Source of the DNA: Rhynchobatus australiae | Taxonomy: Eukaryota | Reading direction: 5' to 3' | Length of the DNA: 64,000 nt | NCBI GenBank assembly: GCA_034780895.1 | Contig: JAUZTB010000071.1 | Location: forward strand, 15,317,227-15,381,226 | Part shown: positions 47,601-59,748 of the stretch, in pieces | How the letters are laid out: each line of letters begins with the position of its first letter | How positions within the stretch are numbered: the stretch's first letter is position 1 | Notes under the pieces: generated by a model | Seen by the model: the letters and a program-made list of their open reading frames with translations, nothing else | The model's database searches: none | Told to the model about the DNA's origin: nothing | Program-made: the position numbers and the translations under genes

Positions 47601-47730
47601 ACAGGTCAGAACTTGCAGGAAAATTAAAACCGGAAGATTTTTGGGAGAGGCAGCTGGAATCCAGGATCTGGATCTGGGGGCTGGATGCATTGGGACTGGA
47701 CATCTAGAGCTCTGAGCTGGAGGTTGGAAC

Positions 47731-47979
47731 TGGGACAGTGGTGCAGCTAATAGTGCTGCTTCCTCGCAGTGCCCATGTCACAAAGACTTGTGGGTTGGTA
47801 GATTAATTGGCTCCCGTATATTTCCCCTAATGTGCAGCTGAGTGGTAGAATCTGGAGGGAGTTGATGAGAAAGTGGGGAGAATGAAAAATGGGATTAATG
47901 TCAGATTAATGTAAATCGGTAGATGGTTGTCCGTGTGTTGAAGGATCTGTTTCCATATTTATCTCTCTATGACTCTATG
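47731..47979 (+). mobile_element. Older V-SINE with internal deletion
   Basis: Head gggacagtggtgcagcta..gtgctgct.cctcgcag is joined directly to caaagac..gggttggtagattaattgg; tail ctgtttccat..tctctatgactctatg. Confidence 0.7.
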
Positions 47980-48017
47980 GGAGTTGGGGAATGGAGGAAA
48001 TGGAACCAAACACCTGG

Positions 48018-48667
48018 TGGTGTCACAGGTAGGTTGGTGAAGAAGACTTTTGGCATGCTAGCCTTCATCAGTCAGGGTATTGAGTATAGAATTGGGACGT
48101 AATGTTACAATTGTACAGGACATTGGTGAGGCCACATTTGGAGTACTGTGTTCAGTTTTGGTCATCCTGCTACATGAAAGTTGCCATTAAGCTGGAAAAA
48201 GTGCAGAGGAGATTTAGGAGGATGTTGCCAGGACTCGAGGGCCTGAGTTACGGAGAGAGTTGANNNNNNNNNNNNNNNNNNNNNAGGTAGGAAAATGAGG
48301 AATGATTTTACAGAGGTGTATGAAATCATGAGGTGCATAGATAGGGTGAAAACACACAGTCTTTTTTCCAGGGTTGGGGAATCAACAACTAGATGGCAAA
48401 GATTTAGTGTGAGAAGGGAGAGATTTAAGAGGAATCTGAGGGGCAACTTTTTCGCCCAGAGGGTGGTCTGTATATGGAATGAGCTGCCAGAGGAAGTGGT
48501 TGAGGCAGGTACATTAACAACATTTAAAAGGCATTTTGGACAATGTACAAGGATAGGAAAGGTTAAGAGGGATATGGGACTAGCATAAATGAGTGTCTTG
48601 GTTGGCATGGACTGGTTGGGCCAAAGGGCCTGTTTCTGTGCTGTAAGACTGTAACTCTGTGGCTCTA
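48018..48667 (+). mobile_element. CR1 LINE 3' ~650 bp
   Basis: ttggtgaggccacatttggagtactgtgttcagttttggtc (LVRPHLEYCVQFWS); ORF 48295 reads EVYEIMRCIDRV..FFAQRVVCIWNELPEEVVEAGTLTTFKRH; CR1 tail present. Confidence 0.92.
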
Positions 48668-51600
48668 TCTGGAGCAGGGGGCTGGAGACTGTGGGGCTTG
48701 GACTCGGGAGCTGGGGGGCCTCTTTTTTCATAACTGGCATAAATCCTGTTTATCGTTTTGAAATGTAGTGACCCTAATTTAAATGTCAATAAGGGCAGAG
48801 AGTTTTATTGGAGATCTGATTTCAACTTTGTAAAACATGCTTATAACCTGTCATTCACCCTGATCTTCATTGTCTGTAAATATCATCTTCAGCCCTGAAA
48901 TAGGCACTTGGTTTACTGGGTTTGACTGAGCTTTAAATGATTCATTTCCTAAGGGCACTCAGCCTCTGGCCCATTGATGATCTTTCAGGAAGAGTTTCAC
49001 AGATTTTTTTTGATTTATTTCATTATGAAGTTACATCCCTGCCTCAATTCATTACAACTCCAACCACTAGATGCTGCTGTGGAGCTAGAAATGATGAGNN
49101 NNNNNNNNNNNNNNNNNNNNNNNNNNNNNNNNNNNNNNNNNNNNNNNNNNNNNNNNNNNNNNNNNNNNNNNNNNNNNNNNNNNNNNNNNNNNNNNNNNGA
49201 TGCTGCTGTGGAGCTAGAAATGATGAGTCACTGAATACAAGAGACTGTATGTGCTCAGGCAGGGTATCAACCCAAAACATTGATAATTCCTTTTGCCCCA
49301 CAGATGCTGCTCAACCCACTGAATTTCTCCAGTGCTACAGTGGCTCATTTTTTTTAAGTGGGAGGAAATATCCATAATGTAATCACTTCTACCTTGTGCA
49401 TATGAAAACATTAGTAGTTTGAAAGGAGGTTTACACAGGGAGTGGTCTTGGATCAGTTGAGAGCATTCTTTTGTGACCCATTCTAAGCTTACTGCATAGC
49501 ACAATACTGTCAAAATGCCGCTTTGAATGAGAGGCCCAGCCAAAGTTACATGAGGCCATTCTGGTTCTTGTCTTACCTGATATCTCAAAAATGTACTCTG
49601 CCATTGGGTCAGGAACTCACTCTGTCAGTCCATGCGGTAGCTGATGTCAAATGGCAATTCTATTAACAGGAGTCTTGCACAGTAACTTCCTCCCCTCAAT
49701 TGAGGTTTGGGATTTGAAATATCAGGAGCCCCATGGATAGCCCAAACAGTGATAGACCTGTATCATACCCTGAGGACTTAGACCATGTAACATCGCCCAC
49801 CTTCTGGGAGCACAAACCAAATGAGGGGCCCTCACTTTATGGGATGGGGTTTTGCCATCTGGAATTTCAGCAACCCCCATCCCTCCTCCTCCTGTGGGAA
49901 CAGAGATTGCCTCGTGATCTCTGACTCACTCTAACAAAGAGCCAGCATGCTATAATCATCAGTACATGCTCCCCAATCTGGGAAGCTATAGGTATGTCCA
50001 AGAAGGTCGTCAACTCCAATCTTGATAAAAAAAACCATGGTTTGCATTCCAGCAGGAGACATACTGATCCTCTTCAGTCAGAAGATCAGAAATGATGTAA
50101 TCTTCTGGCAAGGAAGGAGTAGGGAAATCCAACTTCAGCATTCCTGATAAAATGCTAGGAGCACGTTCTTGTCTAACTATCACCTTGTATCGCCAGAGAG
50201 ACAAACACAAGATGTCATGGTAACCCCTTGATCCAGGCACTAGTACCTATTAGACTAGAACTTTATCAGTACTTTCTATATTTCTATTAAACAGTGTAAA
50301 TATGAATGGAGTAAAGCCCTTTATAAAAGCTCCTTGATAATTGTATTTAATTATTCACTGTTTAATCAAAGCACAGTAAGGGCCCCTACACCATGCACTA
50401 AAGAACTTCACAGATGCTGAATCACAGTAGAATTCGCACAGCATCCTTTGACCTGGGTGTGCTTCCTTAACTGGATCTGCCAGAAGTACTGACTGCAATC
50501 TGAATAATATTTTGCTGATAAGTTCTTAGCTCTCATTTAGAATGGAAATCCAGTTAAAAAACACATTTTTAAGACTTGCACAAGTTGCACTTAATCTGCA
50601 GTGAGTGTGAAATTGAATTGGTGGAAGATGATGTTCATGTGAAATCACATCATTGAGCAAACCACCTTGAACAAATCCATTTACACAACATTTGGATATT
50701 CTGCCTTGAACCAAGATGACAGTGTGATTAGGGTTGGTCTGAAGAACTAGTTAACACTGGTAAGAAAAAGCACTGCTGATATATTTTGTTTTTAAAGAAA
50801 AACATAGACTCTGAGGAAAAAAAAATTCAAACCCAGGTTAAAAACCAAAGAAGTTACAGTTTGATGCAGCTGAATCCTAAATTCAATATTTTGAGTAAGA
50901 GACGTTGTGAGTAAAGCAAATATAACTTTGCGGGCCTGCAGTGAGAGGTCAATTTGAAATGGAGATCCCTTATCAGTTTGAAGTAAATTGGTGATTATAA
51001 AGAACACCTGTGTCTTTTTTTTCACTAATCCCTGGCAGGACAAAGTGAACTAAAGTTAAAGATTACCAAGCGAGGATGAAAATAGCAAACTGAATTAGAG
51101 TTGGAGCTACAAACATCTTTCTATTTCAGTTTATTCCTTCTGTTTAAAGTTACTTGGATAAAATGGACTCCAGACTACACTAAGTAACCCCTCTGTGTTT
51201 CTGGTAAATGTTCCAACAAATGTGTTGTTTTTCATTCTGTGAGAGTGATCTACATAATCTGTGAAGAGAGATTAGCACATTGTTTGGATATGACCCATGC
51301 TATTTTAAATAAGTGAATTATTGTTTTGCTTGTTCTACTTTAGTCAAGCATTTCCCTAGATTTCTTTTTATCTCTCGGGTTGGACTGCATTAATTGCAGT
51401 AGTGTGTGACAAAAAAATCTCCAAGTTGAACATAAATAACTAGCATTGTACAACACATGGCAAATCAAACAAGTTGCTCTAAATGTAGAAAGGCACCCCT
51501 AGTTTTGCAAATGCTTCAAGGAGAAATAAAATTGGCATTGAGTCAAAATAGTATTTGTCACTACCCCATTTTAAATGAGGCTCTTTCTGAAACTATGAGG

Positions 51601-53557
51601 GCAGGAGAGCTTAGTTTTCAATGGTAGCAAAGGGAGGTTGTGGAGGAGATGATGTGGGTTGGGATGTATGGATGAACAGTACTTGTCTACATTAGGATAT
51701 AACTAACAGAATTTTAGGTAAGCTAACAAAGGCAAGGCTGAGGGTTTTAGCAACAGATGGGAGTAGTAGAGGTGTGGTTGGAAGTAGATGGTGTTTGTAG
51801 CAGAGGGTTTATGGGATGAAGTCGATGCTGCCAACCTGGTTCAGTCTGAGTGCAACTGGGAGGGCAACCATATGGAACATTTGGTGATTCAAATATAATG
51901 AATGGTTTTAGTTTTCCAAATGTTGTGGAAAATTTGATATCTTTGAAAAATTTGATGCTGGACAAGCAGCCTATCAACAGAATGGCAGTGAAAGGGTTGG
52001 GAGAACTGGAGCTTGCTGTCGNNNNNNNNNNNNNNNNNNNNNNGCTCATGAATGCATAAGGCCAGAAACCCACCAAGAGAGCTGACACTTTTGCTGGATA
52101 AGATGCAAGCAGCCGTGGTCCTTGCCTTTGTTTCCATGACGTCAACGCATGGATTCTGCAGTATAGGGGCTCATGTTTTGAAACACACACTTATTCTCAA
52201 TCTTGTTGATGACGATTATATTGACAAATATTAACATAATGACGATTATATTAGTAATTTCTGAGTCCACAGTCTAGCAGCAAACTGAGTCCATCAACAT
52301 CAAATCCAGGAGTATGGTGTCTAATGCAGTACATACGCATACCTATTGATTTATCAGTGTGCAGAAGTCCACAGGAATCTGAAAAAAATACTTCCTAATA
52401 CATAAAAATGGAAAAATAAAAACCACCATAATGTGATGGAAAAAAGCGAAGTGACATAATATTAAGTGCAACTTTAAAACTGTAGTTAAGCCTCCGTTAC
52501 CTGCACTACAATTATGTGCTTGATTCTTTGTTAAAGTTTTCTCTGTCCATACAGTTATTTCTTTTGCCATCTGCTCCTACCAGTCTTCTCCTGTGTAATG
52601 TTATTTGACCTTATAGCCTGGGGCATCTTGACTTCAATTCATGATGTGTTGTTCTGCAACAGGTTGCCAGTGGATATGGAAAATATGACTCTTTAAGAAG
52701 GGAGTTGACAAGCTCNNNNNNNNNNTTAAGTCCATTGGGTAAACATCATACCATGGAATTTAAAGCTTTCTTTCGTGTTGGTTTTATTTACCTCCTGGAA
52801 GGGTAGGTGTCTGCAATTTATCTCAAACGGGCTGGGCTGTTTATTCACACTCTTAGATTTATCTTCATGCTTGTGAGTTTTGTTGTACAATTTAAGATTC
52901 AGGTTTCAAAACTCTCGTCTCTGCCATATTGCATTATCGTTGGCAACGGGTAAAATGTTAGGAGTGAACTGGATGGGCGATGCTTCCATTTGGCAGATAA
53001 AGTTGCTCCAATAGAATAACAACAAAACAAAAAAAAAGTGGCAGAACATTCCAAAGTCTTTCTTAGCAACATAATCAGACAAAAGTTGCCATTGAATCAA
53101 AGTAAACAGGCCCAAAGCTTGGTAAGAAGCAAGGTTTAACAAATACCGTATGTTAAAGGAGAGACCGCTGATGATATTCTGGAGCTTGTGTCCCAGATGT
53201 CACCCAGGAAAATAAGAGCCTCTCAAGCCTGCCCCATCATTCAATATGGTCATGGTTCAAGTCCTCTTCTGTATCAGTTTCCCATAATCGTCCATTCTCC
53301 AATCTTTCAAAAGTGTACCTACCTCCTTTTTAAATACCCCCAAAAATCTAGCCTCTATCATATGCTGGGGCAGAAAATTCCAGAGATTCACCACCCTCTA
53401 TGAGAAGACAATAGTGGTGTGTGCAATATGAGTGGTACAGTGAAACAGCTGGTGGACGTGCTGCCTCACAATTCCAGTCACTTCGATGTAATCTACAAAC
53501 AGTCTCTAAACTGGACAATTTCTTACACCATCAATACTTTGACCATCACTACTGATA

Positions 53558-53705
53558 GTCATAGAGTCATACAGCACAGAAACAGGCCCTTTGGCCCATC
53601 ACATTCAAGGTGACAAATGAGTACCCCTGTATGCAAATCCCAGTTTCCAGCATTTGACCCATAGCTTCTATGCCTTAGCAATTCACATGCTTGTCTAGAT
53701 ATTAT
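53558..53705 (-). mobile_element. CR1 LINE tail
   Basis: gtcatagagtcatacagcacagaaacaggccctttggccca..tcccagtttccagcatttgacccatag. An older CR1 piece lies at ~53215-53408. Confidence 0.75.
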
Positions 53706-54079
53706 TGTGAGAATCTCTCTGCCTCTGCACTCTCTCAACCGGGGCTGGTTAAAGCCCCGTTTAGACCACATTCGGAGTCTGTGCCACTTTGGGCACCATA
53801 CCTTAGAAATGGTACATGGCGATGACTGGCAGTGGCAGGNNNNNNNNNNNNNNNNNNNNNNNNNNNNNNNNNNNNNNNNNNNNNNNNNNNNNNNNNNNNN
53901 NNNNNNNNNNNNNNNNNNNNNNNNNNNNNNNNNNNNNNNNNNNNNNNNNNNNNNNNNNNNNNNNNNNNNNNNNNNNNNNNNNNNNNNNNNNNNNNNNNNN
54001 NNNNNNNNNNNNNNNNNNNNNNNNNNNNNNNNNNNNNNNNNNNNNNNNNNNNNNNNNNNNNNNNNNNNNNNNNNNNNNN

Positions 54080-54165
54080 GTTAATTTGGGGTTTAAAATG
54101 GGCGGTGTGGACTCGTTGGGCCAGAAGGGCCTGTTACCACACTGTAAATAAAATTTTTAAAAAAT
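54080..54165 (+). mobile_element. 3' end of the young V-SINE variant with CR1-type tail
   Basis: gttaatttggggtttaaaatgggcggtgtggactcgttgggccagaagggcctgttaccacactgtaaataaaa matches the reverse complement of 16440-16520. Confidence 0.78.
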
Positions 54166-54879
54166 TAATTCTGCCCCAGTTACCACAAGTTCTGAATAAT
54201 TTATATTTCCATCAATTGAGGGGGGGGCGGGTGTTATTTTGTTTCCAGAAACATTATTGAGCAAATTCTAAGCACAACCTTCCTGGAGCAATTCACAGTA
54301 AAGCATATGTTTATTGGAGCCGCTGGTCCCTTTGAGTAATGATTCACAGCAAGAACAATGGCTGGCTGGAGCAATGAGTTACACTGAGTCAAGGTAAGTG
54401 GTACATGATCTGAGTAAGGAATGCGTTTGATTGGCTAGGCAGCTCATTTCATGCTTCTTTGCTGCCTTAACTCTATCAAAGTGAGTCTGGCTTCATAAAC
54501 CACAGAAAGGAATTCAGATATTCTGTGAATGTGCTCAGACTCTCATGTCTAAGTTAAAGCAGTAAACTGATTGACAGATATGTGAGTCCTTTATTGAAAC
54601 ATGGATAACAGTTTAACCCCTGCAAACATTTATTTAGTGACAATGTGAGATATGTGCCATAACTTTAAGTTAACACAAATTACTGGCAGAGGAAGTGAAG
54701 GTATACAATACTTTGTTTATTCCCTGTGACACATCATTGCCAAATTGTATACAGCATACTATTTCTATGTATAATCTACGTACAATAATAGTCTGTATCT
54801 GATACTTGCATAGTAAGTGTTCTTTATTAATATTATGTGGATAAACAGTTATTAGAGCATTTATGTTTTCATTAGGAAG

Positions 54880-55360
54880 ATAGGAGCATTCCTGATAACC
54901 CATTCCCAAATGTCTTTAAGAAGGTAAGTCACTCTGAACCACTGGAGACTTTCTGATGATGGTAGTTTCATGGTTCTGGGTAGAGACCTGCAGGATTCAG
55001 ACCCAGAGAAAATGAAGGAACAGTGATATATTTTCAACACGTGCAACTTGGATGGGAACCTGCAGGTGGTGGTGTTTCCATGCACCTGCTGCCCCTGTCT
55101 ATTTTGTTGGTAGATATTGTGGGTTTAGGAAATGCTGTCAGGGTAACAGGGGCAAGTAAATGCAGTGCATTTTGTAAATAGTGCACACTGCAGCCGCAGT
55201 ATGCCGATGGTGGTCAGAGTGAGTGGTTTGGTTGATGGATAAGATGTCAGTCAAACAGGCTGAGTGTTGTTGACCATCTTGTGTGTTTCTAGAGTTGCAC
55301 TCGTCTGAGCAAGCGGAGTGATGGTGAGAGGTCTGTGGAATATTGGGAGGTGAGTCACAG
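54880..55360 (-). mobile_element. Old CR1-group LINE 3' region (different subfamily)
   Basis: gaaggaacagtgatatatttt..gggaacctgcaggtggtggtgtttccatgc..ctgctgccc; minus translation HGNTTTCRFPSKLH. A related short element lies at ~59855-60055. Confidence 0.6.
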
Positions 55361-55679
55361 GGTGTCTAACTGCAGATCCCCGCCCTGGAGAAGGAGTCCA
55401 CTGCTGAGATAGCACTTATTTCTGTCAACATGAGATTAGGAGCAGGAAAGCTGAGGCCTATATTTGACAGAGACCCCTGGTTTAGGCACAATAAGCAGCT
55501 CCTCACTGCATCATGCACACACCATGGGACTGCTATACTTTAAGCTCCATTTTTCTCAGAAAGGCTCATTCTTAAGCAGTCATAGTTTTGTAGTAGTCTA
55601 ACATTTTCAGAAGTTTGAGCAAATCCACAAATTGCTATATGTGAAACTCTGGACAGGGGCTGGGGCTGTGGAAAATTAC

Positions 55680-55805
55680 GGAAATGCAAGAGACTGCAGA
55701 TGCTGGAATCTGGAACAATAAACAATCTGCTGGAGGAACTCTGCAGTCCTGATGCAGGGTTTCAACCAGAGACGTTGACAACTCCTTTCCCCCCAAAAGA
55801 TACTG
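55680..55805. mobile_element. Penelope-like terminal repeat with decayed hammerhead motif
   Basis: caagagactgcagatgctggaatctggaacaataaacaatctgctggaggaactc, then cagtcCTGATGcagggtttcaaccaGAGAcgttgac (55744-55779). Confidence 0.65.
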
Positions 55806-56014
55806 TGGAAACTTACCTCTGTCAACCTTCTTTTACCACTTCTTCATCTCCAAACAAATTAATTCCTTTCAACAGTTCCCTGACATTCAACTGGCTGTCG
55901 CAGCAATAGAAGGTGTGAGCAGGCAGGAGCTAAGATAAGTGCTGAATAATGGCACTGAAGATCTGTAACCGAGACTGAACAGTGGATCTGTAAGCAGTAA
56001 CAATTTTCACCTAC

Positions 56015-56267
56015 AGCAATGACAACTGTGTCTATTTATGTCGGGCCTTCTAATGTAAGAAAACATCCCAAAGAACTTCACAGAATCAATATCAAACAAA
56101 ATATGATGCAGAGGGGCAGATAACTTGAAACTTGATCGAAGAGGTACAATCAAGGAGTGTCTTAAATGAGAAAAGATAGGAAGGCAAAGAGGTTTAGGGA
56201 TGTAATTTCAGATCTTGGAAGCATGGTGGCTGCAGCTATGGTGCAGGAATTGAATTCAGAGAAGATC
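56015..56267 (-). mobile_element. L2-clade LINE 3' end
   Basis: aaaacatcccaaag..cttcacag..atcaaacaaaa..aagaggta..aaggagtgtcttaaa..agaggtttaggga is the reverse complement of the family at 17700-17858. Confidence 0.65.
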
Positions 56268-58040
56268 NNNNNNNNNNNNNNNNNNNNNNNNNNNNNNNNN
56301 NNNNNNNNNNNNNNNNNNNNNNNNNNNNNNNNNNNNNNNNNNNNNNNNNNNNNNNNNNNNNNNNNNNNNNNNNNNNNNNNNNNNNNNNNNNNNNNNNNNN
56401 NNNNNNNNNNNNNNNNNNNNNNNNNNNNNNNNNNNNNNNNNNNNNNNNNNNNNNNNNNNNNNNNNNNNNNNNNNNNNNNNNNNNNNNNNNNNNNNNNNNN
56501 NNNNNNNNNNNNNNNNNNNNNNNNNNNNNNNNNNNNNNNNNNNNNNNNNNNNNNNNNNNNNNNNNNNNNNNNNNNNNNNNNNNNNNNNNNNNNNNNNNNN
56601 NNNNNNNNNNNNNNNNNNNNNNNNNNNNNNNNNNNNNNNNNNNNNNNNNNNNNNNNNNNNNNNNNNNNNNNNNNNNNNNNNNNNNNNNNNNNNNNNNNNN
56701 NNNNNNNNNNNNNNNNNNNNNNNNNNNNNNNNNNNNNNNNNNNNNNNNNNNNNNNNNNNNNNNNNNNNNNNNNNNNNNNNNNNNNNNNNNNNNNNNNNNN
56801 NNNNNNNNNNNNNNNNNNNNNNNNNNNNNNNNNNNNNNNNNNNNNNNNNNNNNNNNNNNNNNNNNNNNNNNNNNNNNNNNNNNNNNNNNNNNNNNNNNNN
56901 NNNNNNNNNNNNNNNNNNNNNNNNNNNNNNNNNNNNNNNNNNNNNNNNNNNNNNNNNNNNNNNNNNNNNNNNNNNNNNNNNNNNNNTTGTACTCTGGTCT
57001 CTATAACCTTCTAACACAGTTCACCCCCTCAACCGTGGACTCAGAAGACAGCCCACAAAGACATTCATTTAGACCTTTCCAACAGTCCCTTGACATTGGA
57101 ATACAAGATTATGCAAGATAGCATTAGATCTAAACAAAGTCGTAATTTAAATAAGGTTCATCTGCTTTCCTTTCTTTTAGAACTAGTGTTTATCATCTCC
57201 ATTCCAAACTCTGTTTATTTTGAAAAGTTTTAACACCTTGAAACACTCTGACAAACAACAAAAGCAAAAGCATAGAGTGATGCAGCATGAGATTATTCAG
57301 CCCATCCCACTGGTCCCACTCCACTGCTCATTCACTAAACCTACAAATATTTCCTCATCAAGTCTCTATTCAATTCCTTTTGTGAAGTTACAACTGAGTC
57401 TGTTTCCTGCCTTGCAAATAGAAGTGAGAAGTCACTGAGTAAAACAATTTCTCTTCATCTTGCCCCTGGTTCTTCAGCTGGTTCCAGTAAATCTGATCTT
57501 GAATGTATTGATGTACATGTTAAGCACAACACCACAAGTTGGAATTGGCTCTCCACTAAACGCAAAGTACACCAGTGGTCTGATGAAATGTTTCAGGCAA
57601 GGTTAATTTCAGAATGTCATGGTAAAATTTACCTTTNNNNNNNNNNNNNNNNNNNNNNNNNNNNNNNNNNNNNNNNNNNNNNNNNNNNNNNNNNNNNNNN
57701 NNNNNNNNNNNNNNNNNNNNNNNNNNNNNNNNNNNNACCTTTAACAATGCAAGTCCACAAAGGCCAATGATCAAAGAAAGCTATTTACAAACTGGACGTA
57801 AAAGTTCTTTTTCCATTTTTGACTGAAATAAGCAAGTAGGTTTTGAAATTTATGACTGAGTCCAACCTTACAGTTAAGGAGTTGAAGTTACTTTCCAGGT
57901 GATTGCTCTATTTACTCTAGAATTTGATACAATCATCAAGTTGACGGTCAATATTTGAAGTTCAGTATTGTGTCATGGGGTAAACTTGTGCTATGACTGG
58001 CAGAAAGTTTCTACAATGGGAACTGGAAGATACAATATAG

Positions 58041-58365
58041 ATCATAGAACATAGAACAGTATAGAACTGGAACAGGCCTTTCGGCCCACAATGTCTGTGC
58101 TGAACAAAATGCCAAATTAAACTAAATCTCTTCTACCTGCATGTAATCCACATCCCTCCATTCCCTGCATATTCACATATCTATCTAAAAGCTTCTTAAA
58201 TACCACTATTGTATCCGCTTCCACCACTACCCCAGCAGCCTGTTCCAAGCACCTACACTCTCTGTGTAAAGAACATCTCCCTTAGACTTTTCCCCTCTGC
58301 ATGTCCTCTAGTGATTGACATTTCTAACCATGGAAAAAGATTCTGACTGCCTGTCAATGCCTATC
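58041..58365 (-). mobile_element. CR1 LINE 3' end
   Basis: (catagaa)2 cagtat..aacaggcctttcggcccacaatgtctgtgc..cttccaccactacccc.gcagc..ctctctgtgtaaa. Confidence 0.85.
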
Positions 58366-58454
58366 ACCCTGTCCAAATGATATATTAGATTTCTATGATC
58401 TGAAAGAAGATGATGAAAAGCCTGGGATTGTAATGTGGGTGGATCCATAATTCT

Positions 58455-58755
58455 TTCATAGATAGGGAGGCACAGCAGAGCAAGAGGCCCTCATCCCACC
58501 AGGTCTGCACCGATTATCAGCTGATCTTCCCACATTTTCATCAATTGCTTCAAGTTTCTACCTTGCATCTACACCCGATAGGCAATTTACAGTGGCCAAT
58601 TAAACTACCAAAGTTCGTGTCTTTCTGATGTGGGAGGAATCCAGAGCACTCAGAGTAAGCCCATGCAGTCACAGGGAGAACGTGCAAACGGGATTGAACC
58701 TGAGTCTCTGGCACTGTGAGGTGGCAGCTCTACCAGCTGCCCCACTGTGCCAACC
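58455..58755 (-). mobile_element. Older V-SINE
   Basis: ggcaatttacagtggccaatt..gatgtgggaggaatccagagcac..gtcacagggagaacgtgcaaac..ggattgaacc..ccactgtgcc. Confidence 0.8.
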
Positions 58756-59380
58756 CTGATGAGGAATTCAACCCTCTTTTAATCTCTTTAATCCTGTCTG
58801 AATTTTGGGCCAAGCTGTTTTTAAGTTTGTCAGCCGTAAAGCTTCTTTTATTATGCATAATATAAATTTAAGTTTTAATTTCTTTGATCATTTCTTAATG
58901 ATGCAGATGCAATAGCTGAGATTAGCATTTTGGAGGCGCATGTGAGCAGATAAATGTTATGAAGCAAATGTGCACGTGCTCAGCCAAGACCTCATGTTAT
59001 ACAGTTATGTTTAGATACTTATTGGAAAAAGCCTCTGTTGCTGCTTGCATATCCCTCCCCCACTCTGTCCTTGCCCTTGTGGGATGATTCAATGATTTAC
59101 TGATGAGTCTGCGCTGACGNNNNNNNNNNNNNNNNNNNNNNNNNNNNNNNNNNNNNNNNNNNNNNNNNNNNNNNNNNNNNNNNNNNNNNNNNNNNNNNNN
59201 NNNNNNNNNNNNNNNNNNNACTGATGAGTCTGCGCTGACGCAAGCTCATCAACTAGAACTTATTGTTCGGTCTTAAACTCGAAGAAACGTGCCAAACCTC
59301 AGCAATGGGACATTGATTTAAACAAATCTGTTTTGATGGGAATTAGAGAGAGAGAGTAAAAGAGAGAGGAAAAGAGAAAG

Positions 59381-59748
59381 AGTCACAGACAGAGATATAG
59401 TTTAAAACCGGGCCCTTTTACCACAGGGTCCATGCCAACCATCAAGCAGACATTTTTACAGTAAATCTACCTTAACCCATTTTAATCTCACTGCATCATC
59501 ACCCACTCCTTCCCACCAACCCCCTCCCCCAACTATCCTCATAATCTACCACTCACCTACACACTAGGGGCAATTTACATCGGCCAATTATCCTACCAGC
59601 ATGCACATCAACGGGATGTGGGACAAAACCCACATGGTAACAGAGAGAACACACAAACTCCACACTGACAACACCAGAGGTCAGGGTTCAACTCGGGTCA
59701 CTGTAGCTGTGAGGCATCAGCTCTACTAGCTGAACCACGGTACTGTCC
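59381..59748 (-). mobile_element. Older V-SINE
   Basis: ctcacctacacactaggggcaatttaca..ggatgtggg..caaactccacactgaca..actcgggtc..gctgtgaggca. Confidence 0.8.

Noticed and set aside
51850-52234. Short ORFs with protein-like composition
   Set aside because: No recognisable domain or splice context; interrupted by a gap.
52209-52252. 14-bp direct repeat atgacgattatatt at 30-bp spacing
   Set aside because: Only two copies; consistent with a small local slippage duplication.
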